A stretch of DNA of 60,303 nt, the filler included, from Sphacelaria rigidula (lineage: Eukaryota): NCBI GenBank assembly GCA_964200075.2. It is 10 parts of 10 records of this genome, joined end to end, with 100 filler letters (N's around TTAATTAATTAA, not from the genome) between each part and the next. Parts side by side here need not be neighbours in the genome. Positions count along the whole stretch, not along the records: positions 48,325 to 54,264 come from CAXNAA020023326.1; positions 54,365 to 60,303 come from CAXNAA020023327.1; 8 more parts are not named here. One strand, given 5' to 3'. The notes under the pieces were generated by a model. The model did not search any database. It was given only the letters and a program-made list of their open reading frames with translations, and was not told the DNA's origin. Shown one piece after another: positions 51,025 to 60,303 of this stretch; the stretch's first letter is position 1, and every line of letters begins with the position of its first letter. The translations under genes were made by a program, and so were the position numbers.

Positions 51025-52599
51025 TCAAGCCATGGATAAATGCAAGACTGCCTACAGGTTTCTCCGAAAATCTAGCGTCAGATTTTTTTCCAGCAACTTT
51101 GTTTCGGGAGGAAAAAAATCTGAAAAGAGTTTGTTGAAAAGAGTTTTTTTTTTAATGCTCCGTTCAATGCCCCGTTCATGAGACCTCTCACACGGTCGTT
51201 CTGTGGAGGAAGTATCTTTTCGTGACCCCAGTGCTTCTTGTGGTGCTCCGGAGGCGTCAATTTTTCTCGGTCGCGCTGTAAGTTGGGGTTGTGGGCAAAC
51301 AGCCATCACGCAGCCTGAAACTTGCGTTTTGCTGAGGGTGCATTTGATTACTTTCTAATTTGTGTTTGTGTTTTTTGCGCCGCAACCACTCGCCATCCTC
51401 CGGTAGTACGTACCGTCGTATTGTACACACAGTACCGTACACTTCGAGAACCAAAGAACAGTTAAAATTTTATCGGACCCCGCTTGTATATGTATGTAGT
51501 AAAGACTATGAACACACACATGTATATATGTATATATATATTTCTTTGGGGGGGGGGAGGGGGGTCAAATGTTGACAAAGCGTAGGGCGCCGCCGATGAC
51601 GCGAATACCGTTTTTACGTTTTGTTCCCGTGTGGGGTGCGTGAAATCGTTCGTAGCAACACCAACTTCAAGACGCGGGTGCTGCCTCTGGAAGGACACCG
51701 CCCGATGATGGAGGCTATCGGCTTCAGGGCCAAGGGGAGCTTGTGGGAGTGGACGTGGCACGAGGACAGGTGATTCATTGCACGGCCGAGCCTTGAGGTC
51801 GTACGAGCGTACCATGTTCCCCCAAATGTTCGCTGCAACGTCGCGGGGAGGGTGTTGCTTGCGGGTCACTTTGCTTGTTCTCCTCGTGCTGTACTCGACA
51901 CTACTGGTGCTACCACAGCTGCAGTCAGAGTGTAAGTGCCGATCGTGGTCTGTTTTTTCTTGTGGCGTCGTCCGCATCTCCGATGCCCAAACAGCGCGCA
52001 TTATTGTAGATGCCCAATTTCGTTCTCTGGAAGAGGCATGTTGCCACCACAATTGCCTCTCGATAACACATATTTTTTTCTTCCCCACCCCCCCTCTCTC
52101 TCTCTCTCTCTTTCACATGAGCTACAGACACCACCGTATTCCTTTTCTCTCGCATTGTTTATGATTTCTCCCTGCTTGTTGATGAACGCATAATATCCCG
52201 CGTTCGGAGAAATTTCACGTCCCCCTTCTCCCAGTGCACATGATTTGATTTCTTGAAATCACATGCAATTTGGTCCAAGGTCTCGTGATGAAAATGCGTC
52301 AACAGGTGGGGGTAGGGTTTGGGCCCCTACCAACAAGCACGATGAATAAATCCAAATGATCCCAGGAGGAGGTGAAGTATCCACACTTCTCAGACCCAAA
52401 GATCCATTTGGAGTCATTTTTTCGTCTCCTGTCCCTGGGGATGTTGCTTGACTCGCGCTTGGCATCCATCACTTCTCCTGGGGTGTACTTGTTGCTTTTT
52501 TACGTACCATCACGTATCGAGTTCGTTTACTTCATTGACAGATCCAAATTGTTTGTTTTACCACACCTCGACCGACTCGGAGGGGGGGGGGGGGGGGAG

Positions 52600-54264
52600 G
52601 GGGTGTACTCATGATCTTGCATGCCATACTCATGAAACCATTGATATCGCATCCCTATCGTACAAACCCGGGACGGAGCACGCCGAGTTCTCGACGAACG
52701 AAGTTCGCAGTCAATCGCCAAGCGCGAAGTGCCGTGGTGTGTTCGGCTAGTCCAATGAAGGGTGAGCTGCATCCTCCTCAGATTGTTCGGCCCGAAGCGT
52801 AGTGACTATCTTGCATATGGATGACAGCCTCGAATGAATGAGTGGTTTTAGTTTTCGGTATCGCCACTTCCTGAGACACCCACGGCTTATACGCTCCCTC
52901 ATGGGTGTTTCACCTTATAAACACTACGTAGTACGATTATCTCTCTTGCGCGGAGGTCAAGTTTTCCTCCTCGCAAGATATGATCTAGCTCGACCACCAT
53001 CATGATTACCGCAAAGAAAAACGCAAGCGAGAAAATAACCGGTTACCTAATTGCTTAGTTCACGCAGTGAGTGGCGTGCTTTACAACAGCGTTGATGGCA
53101 ACCGACGCAAACCCTCACAAACAAACTCGGGGGGAGGGGAGGGAGGTTGGGCGGGGGGTCCCCTGTTTTCTTGTCGTCTCTCTCTTGCTGTTTTTTGTTG
53201 CTTTATTGTCGGAGTCTCTGAACAAGCTGGTCAATGAGCGCTTCCATCTCATGAAAGGCATGATGGTGACGGTACTGGAAAGTCCAGCCTACGTCCGTGA
53301 CCGCGGGTTTGAGATATCGGGCTAATGTGCGGAAATAATAATAGTAGCGATGTAACTGATTCAGGGAAGGATGTGAAAATGATGCATTTTTTACTCAAGT
53401 TCGAAGCTGAACTATTCGTGACTGCTCTCGCTCGCACAGCACTACTCGTACAGTACCGCTTGTACTCGGCTGGCGGGCACTTGGACACGCGGGACGTAAC
53501 GTAGCGTGAACTGTTCTCCGATGCAATATTCTAACGAAGACACACGTGATCCGGGTGGAAACCTGTCGAGATGTATATTCTGTATGTAAAACAACGATAT
53601 CGAATTTTCGTCGCTCATTCTGACCGTTCTGTCACCAAGGCAACCCGGGGTGCCGACAAACTTCAAACGCGAACACTGGGAGCTAAGCCCGCGTTTGTTT
53701 TTCGACTTGGGTTACTCCCACACTGCTTTTTGCTGGACCCTTGGCTGGTATTTCGCCGAGACTATGACGTGGACCTCCAACAAAATGAGACTTACGTGAC
53801 TTTTCAACAGCACGTAACTTTCACGTGACCCCCGACAACACGAGATTTTCACGTGACCCTCCACACCCCTGGTCCGGCGAAAACCCGGCGTGCTCCGTCC
53901 GGCTTTGGAGGGACGAACCCCCGTTGCGCTTGGCGTCGGTTGGCGATGACGCTGTTGAACACGCCACTCACTGCGTAAGCTAGGCAACCAGGTCACCGAT
54001 TTTGTATTGCGCACTTGCGTTTTTTTTGCGGTAACCATGATGGTAGTCGAGCTAGATCATGTTGTGCGGCGTGGGAGAACCTGAACTTCGCACAGTGGGG
54101 ATGATCGTACTACGTAGTATTCAAATGGTGAGACACCCATGAAGCAGTGTATAAATCGTGGCTGTCTCTGGAGGTGGCGGTATCAGAAAATGAAGCAGCT
54201 CATTGTAGGCTGTCATCCTAATGCAAGATAATCAGTGGGCTTTGGGCCGAACAATCTTAGGAGG
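52600..54264. mobile_element. Two inverted copies of repeat family C (52600-53112 +, ~53925-54264 -)
   Basis: actacgtagtacgat, gatctagctcgac, catgattaccgcaaa and cgcagtgagtggcgtg on the left have reverse-complement matches on the right. Confidence 0.75.
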
Positions 54265-54371
54265 NNNNNNNNNNNNNNNNNNNNNNNNNNNNNNNNNNNN
54301 NNNNNNNNTTAATTAATTAANNNNNNNNNNNNNNNNNNNNNNNNNNNNNNNNNNNNNNNNNNNNATCGATA

Positions 54372-54391
54372 TAATGATTATAATAATAATA

Positions 54392-54454
<63 letters not shown>

Positions 54455-54461
54455 TAATAAT
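54372..54461. repeat. (AAT)n microsatellite
   Basis: Directly visible. Confidence 0.95.
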
Positions 54462-54825
54462 GAAAAGCGTCTCAAGATAAATTAACCTCTCATTGCACCC
54501 AGTCCGTTTTCACGTTGTGCCCTTCTTACTCTGCTTACCCGCCCCCCGTGTTTTTCGCCGCTCGCATATTTCGGCGGTCATGTGTCCGTAATTCAGAGTG
54601 CGGTTTAGGTACGATAGCGGTGAAACGATCCAGGATCAACATCATTCCTCTTACGGGAGGGGGGTCGATGAAGTCACGGTTCGGCTTGTGCGAGAAGCCT
54701 ATGGGTCTTGAAATATACAACTCCTGCTCTGTCAACGTATAAAAGAAACGTGAACCTAACGCACAGTATCCCCCGAACTACTCCCCCCTCTACACCACGT
54801 GCCCGGTAAAACTCACTTCCTGCAG

Positions 54826-57652
54826 AGCGCGTTCTCCTCACCGGGAGGGCTGTCGCCTTCGACCACGGAGCTCACGCGTTTCCTGTTCTCCACCGTCGCT
54901 TGCGGAGACGCCTGTGCGGCGCGGGCGCGGGCGTGGGTGTGGGTATAGACACAAAGGAACACAGCGGCCGCCGCCGGCATCGCCGTCGTCGTCGCTCGAA
55001 CGGCAGAAGCGGCAGAAATAATAGTGGTTTAATTTGCAGAGACGGAATAAAGGAGAAGAACGAGAGTGCCGATGCTTCTTGTTCATCGAGCGACAATGAT
55101 GACAACAACGGTGATGACGATGACAGTGATGTTGATGGTCATGGCGACGTGTTTCACGCGCACCCATGGCAGGAGGAAGCCCCCCAATGCCAACTCAACG
55201 GGGGTAGCGATCCCGTAGTTGTGACTGCCACGCACATCATCAACCACGGACAGGGTTGGGCGAGCGTCCGTGGCGGCAGCGCCGGTGGGAGAGGTGCGAT
55301 GCTGCGCATTAGGGCATACAATGCAACCAACGCGAGATTGCTGGGGTTCGTCATTCGGCTTAGCTTTGGGCAGGGCGCGGAGGCCTCTGGGATGAGCGAT
55401 GGGGGGCGGGTGGAGACGACAGTAGACGAGGTGTGCCGCGCATGTCTTCGATCTGCGATTTAGATCGTGACGAAATGTAAAATGTTGAGTGGACGATGAA
55501 GATGACCGGCGGGTCAGGGTCGTCTGGTTCAGAATCATATGAGTTGTATATATCCACTTCTATGCATGGACTGGGCTCATTCCGCATTTACCAGACCTTG
55601 TGAGACGTACCTGTGCCTCTCTAGTATTTACTCGTGAGGCGCGTTTTAGAGGTAGGTGCCTGTATTCTTGAAGAGCCTTTTCCGAAATGATTTATCCGTC
55701 TTTGCCCTGTTCGTTTCCTGTTTTCGGTAGGTGCTTATGCCAGCGGCGGCCTACACTCTGGAGGTGCCCGTGGCGCCGATTGGTGGACTCAAGGATATCG
55801 TGGTTCACGTGACGCTAATATTTCCCGATGCGGAGGTATGACCCTACAGTCCGTCGACATGGAGATTGGTATCGTAAACTGATGGGCCATTTCGGAAACG
55901 AATGTTTCACTCAGTGCAAGCACAGCGAGCGCAGATGACTCGGGTGACTGAAAACTTTCGGGTTAGCGTTTCCTCTGTATGAGCGTAACCCGTGCGCTGC
56001 CTGCTCGTATCCAATATCCGTTCCCTTGGGGTGGTGGTGGGTTTGCACGCTTCGTCCTACCTGATCTATTTTCAACACATATATTGGACCATCGTGAGAG
56101 AGCTCCTCGAGGTGAAAATAGTGCTGCTGCACCTACTTGGACGCAAAAACCGTACGGCTTGCCGCGTTCGGTTTATTTTGCTGATGGCATCAGTCTCGCT
56201 GCATGGCCCGCTTTTCCTGTATTGTTCGTGTGTCGGGAATCTGTAGGAGCTGAAGTCTATCCCTTTCGACCCTACAGGGTGAGACAGACAGCGCATGCCG
56301 CGGGTACTCGTCCTCCCCAATGGTCTGATGACTATGACATGCATGATCATGAGTAACCCCCCCCTCCCCCCCCCCCGAACAATGTCGATCGCCCCCTATC
56401 ATCCTGCGTATTTGACTAAACACCTATTCGTCCTCAGCCGGAACCAGAGTTTGAGCAAGAGGGAACCGCCGAGCTCTTGGGAGGCGAGGCGTTTGGTGCG
56501 GCGTCCGCGGGCGGCGAGGGCGGCGCGGCGCACTTTGGCGGGCATGACGACGCGTTAGAAGGAGCCGGGTTGCGACGCGGGGCGGGTAGAGGCGGGGTGG
56601 GAGGAGAGTCGGTGCGGGTGTCACTTCACGCCGGGAGCTATCGCTTACCTGCAGAGGCGTTTTTGGGGCCACCTTCGGCAGCGCTGTCGGTACCGGTGGC
56701 GTGGCTTGACTTTCAAACGGTGTGGAGTGGCTTACCTTTCGTACACGCTGTGCCGGTGGAAAATTGCCAGATGCGGGGAGAGGAAGGCCTGATGCGCTCG
56801 GCGGCTGGGGTCGTGTGGGCCATGTCGATGTTAACGAAGGGCGGCATTGAGGGTCGGGGGGGGGGGCGGGGCGCGCACGATGGAATTGTAATAGGCGGAG
56901 CCGTCGGCGAAGCCAATCCCCGCGTTTTGGCATCTGTGCGGTGCCCGGGAGGAAATACCGACTACGCCGTGTCCGCTGCGTGGGCGTTCGAGGCGTGGGA
57001 CGGAACACCTGTTCTTTGCGCGCTGACCGCTATGAAAGCCCCGTTTTCGTATGTATCGCCTTCCTCCTCCTCCTCCGCCTCATCCTCCTACTCCCCCTCG
57101 TCTTCCTCTCCCTACGCAGTAGCAGCAAGTAAAGGTGCAGCGTCCGCGGCGTCGAGCGGCAGTAGGACTGGTGATGGGTGGGTGGGGGGCGGGCAGGACG
57201 GGGAACAGCAGCAGGTGTGGAATGGGCGTATGGAATTCAGGTGCGGCTCTCAAGCCTGCGCCAACTTCGCACGGTCGAGTTCTCGGCGACTCACGCGTTT
57301 CGTCACCAACGGCGTTTTTGCGCCCTCCGTCGCGGACGGCGGTGAGCAGGGCTGGCAGTTTCAGTTTGGCGGTGGCGCCGGAGCGACGGCGCCGGGAACG
57401 GCGCCAACGGGTGGGTTGAACGGCGCTCATGTAGATTGGTTTTCGCGAATGGATGTGTCGTTGCCCGGAGGGCGAGGTGGCAGGTTGCCAGGTAGCGTCA
57501 CGAATTCCCCGGTTGGCGGCCGTGGCGGCGGCGGCAGCGGAAACGGAAGCGGTGGTGGCGGCCGTAATGCGCACGAGAAGGCGCAAATCCTGTCGCTTGT
57601 GGGAGCCCTCAGGGCGCGAGGGCGAATTGATACGACTCGCGGGAAGGAGTAG
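54826..57652 (+). CDS. TPLATE: TPLATE-like protein (TSET complex beta-type large subunit), last three exons encoding the appendage domain
   Basis: Exons 54826-55430, 55731-55835 and 56438-57652 (stop) join in phase 0 with AG/GT. Motifs QLNGGSDPV, LRIRAYNAT, YRLPAEAFL...DFQTVWSGLP, AFEAWDG and MEFRC follow the order recalled for plant TPLATE (LTGSSDP, LHLKxxNLT, YKIPLTELL...EFFRLWPSLP, AAKTWYG). Confidence 0.65.
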
Positions 57653-60107
57653 AGAGAGAGAGAAGAGAGGAGGGGAGGAGGAGGTTACTGTTCTCGGGCG
57701 TATGACTGGCCACACTGATGTTGGAAGGGTAGGCACGGGTGCTGTGCCCTTCTTGGTGATGTATCTGTCGTTGGCTTTCGTGGGACTAGCACGCTCCGCG
57801 TCGCGCTTTGGAGTTCGACTGTACATCCGGTGTCAGGGCCGAAATGACAGCTAACAGAACGGCAGGTGCAAGCTAAGGAGATCGTCGCCGTGACGCCGAA
57901 CATGACCTGCACGGTACAGCTAAGCTGAGGGGTTTGATGTTTCTTATTCGATTGAGAGACTTGAGCGCCTGGGTTGAATGTGACCGTGCGATATATTAAG
58001 TGCCCACCAAATGTGCAGTATACATTATTTACGTTCGGTAGAGTCTTGTCGTGTTGCCCACTGCGCAGGTACATTCAGGATTTTTTTTCAAATGTTTAAT
58101 TTCAGTACTGATTATTTGTAGTGGTGAAAGAAAATTCCTCTTGAGGAATGAAACGATTATTCTCGCGTCTCTCGCCTTCTTGCTACATTTTACTATTATA
58201 CGGTGAATGTAGTGTCAATCAAGTGGAAGCACCTCCCAAGGCTTCCGAACGAAGTCTGAAATTGGTTTTTTGTGTCTTGGCCGTAGGCTTGAGTATGTTT
58301 TGTTCAGCACCCAGGCGCGCGTTCAACACCGCTCGTGTAAGTACGTTGGTATAGCCACCCTGACTCTTTGATATATATATATATATCCCGGAATAGCCGC
58401 ATCGGAGCACTTGTCTCGAGTAGTATATAGCGTGTAAGGCGTTCACGGCAACCTATCATTACTATCACTAGCATCCGATATGTTCAAGAGGTGATACCTT
58501 GATTGGTGAGGACTTCATCACAACGGGAAAGTTTTGTGCCAGGACCACGGTTGGAATCGTCTGATTTATGTTCATGGAGTTCTTGGGTATTTACTGCGTA
58601 TATAGTCATGGTCCCAACAGCTGTCACGCATGTTTCACGTTTCCTCAAAAGTGAGTCATGAGCGCGGATTTCGTTGGATGTCCTCGTGAGTTGAAACGCC
58701 CTTCTTCAGTTACCTCGCAGTTACTGAGTTACTTCGTTGCTTTGGTATCAGACGGCGACGCAATCATTGCGTTAGTCCTTTTTCAAACAGTGGGTAATAT
58801 TTACTCCCAACTGCTCGGTTCGAGGGCCCGTGTCATAGCCGAAGAGTTCGGACATGCGTTGAAGAAGCAGAGGAAAAAATTGCTCTCCTAGCACAGTGCC
58901 GTGGCTTTATGATCAAGAGGCGTTTTTGTGTCTCCTCGCTTGATGTAGTGGCTTGAGAGATTCTGAGTAGTAATAATGCGGGCTCCGGATAGCTGAGTCG
59001 CAACCTACTCCTACGGCCTCTTCTCTTGTTCAATACGGCCCTTCTTTCGGGATTACATGTCGGGTTTTTTAGGTGTATGGTTTCAAGTTTGGGAGTCTCA
59101 TCTTGGGTTTAATGAAGTTCTTTGCTAATTTCACGTCATTTTTTGTTCTGTTCCTTTCTATCATTAATGTCTTGTTTGTATGCGTTTTGTTTGTTTCTCA
59201 TTGTTCTTTGTGGGTGAACGATCTTTTCTTGTTGCCACCACTACTACTACTGTGCGAGTTTCCTGTAACATGAGCGTTTCTCGTTTATTCATCTTGGGTA
59301 CGTCTATCTTGCGACGACCACGGATGGAGTCGTAGCGGATCAGTCAATGCGGGACAAATATTCCAACAATCAACAGGAATAAAGGTGACCTATGATGACT
59401 TGCCGTAGTGACTCATTTTTCGAGTGAAAATGAGGCCGATTCGACAGATGATCCACCCCGGCGGTCGAAGGGTGAAGATGGAGCAACAGTCATGAGGTTG
59501 TGTCCAAGTTTTCGCACTATTTCGAGTCCTGTAGTCTGTGCCTGAACGTAAAAACTAATACAGATCATGACATTAATGAGTCACCGATCAGACACCTACG
59601 TTCAATCGGATTTCTCCTCTGAAAAAAAGGTGACCGCAAACTATTGGGGTATGAAAACGAAACCCCTCCTCTCTGGCGACTGTCTCTCCCATAAGGGTGT
59701 GTGAGAGAGAAAGAGAAGGAGGGAGACATGGGATCTTGGCTGGCTGATCGTTTTCCCATCGTGTAAAGCTTTGTGGTCATGATATACGGTCGCCGAAGTG
59801 CTTTTCGCTGACTGTGATTACTTACGGTGAAAAAAACGGACGTATGCCTCGTGGATATCACCAGATTGAGTTTTGTCACGATGCCGCTACTTGGGACGTG
59901 TTTTAACGAAACAAGAAAAGTGAGAACGCGCCGTGAAAGGGTGATTCCGGTGGTTTAGGCGAGTTTTTTCTTGTCCCTATAGTTGGTTGCCCATCAGCTC
60001 TCAACCAATCGAAAGGATGAAACAGAGAAAAACATACCAAAGCCGTCAGAATCACTCTTACTCTCACGGCGCATCCCTCACTTTCCTTGTCTCATTAAAA
60101 TGGACCC

Positions 60108-60303
60108 TTAACCCTTGGACAGCGAGAGTAGGTCATCTGTAGAATCGGCATCAATCTCACTTGAAAAAAGTATGCATACAGAGGCGGTCACCACTTAAGA
60201 AAACGGCACTTAAGAATTTGAGCCTCAAAAATTTGAAATATTAAGAACTTGCTCATAAGAACACGTGCTCAAATTGGACCTGGGGTTAAGAACAAGAACC
60301 CGC
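60108..60303. mobile_element. piggyBac-like MITE left half, followed by another repeat (cttaagaa-type motifs)
   Basis: TTAACCCTTGGACAGCGAG...aaaagtatgcaTA, then CAGAGGCGG... running to the contig end. Confidence 0.5.

Noticed and set aside
6953..57652. NRPS-like, kinase and TPLATE-like genes as a cluster
   Set aside because: They lie on different contigs joined only by size order.
56424..57826. Minus-strand ORFs of 194 and 248 aa
   Set aside because: Antisense shadows of the GC-rich last exon of the TPLATE-like gene.

Overview
Eukaryotic, repeat-rich DNA. The intron style, repeat families and Gypsy/RTE proteins are most consistent with a brown alga, possibly a kelp; this is an inference. 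The window is not contiguous. It holds ten contigs of 5941, 5941, 5941, 5941, 5940, 5940, 5940, 5940, 5940 and 5939 bp, sorted by length and joined by an artificial 100-bp linker (N44-TTAATTAATTAA-N44), so adjacency across linkers means nothing. Mobile content: three decayed Ty3/Gypsy retrotransposons (one with a chromodomain plus a further Tudor-like module after the integrase), an RTE-type LINE fragment, two tRNA-derived SINE families, non-autonomous DNA transposons (piggyBac-, Tc1/pogo-, PIF/Harbinger- and CACTA-like), foldback elements and tandem repeats. Three spliced host genes can be rebuilt by hand, none of them whole in the ORF track: (1) an NRPS-like gene with a thioesterase-like domain directly before an adenylation domain (four exons, minus strand); (2) a CAMK-type kinase with an HRDLQ catalytic loop; (3) the 3' end of a TPLATE-like (TSET coat beta subunit) gene. 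All protein assignments come from recalled motifs, not database searches.
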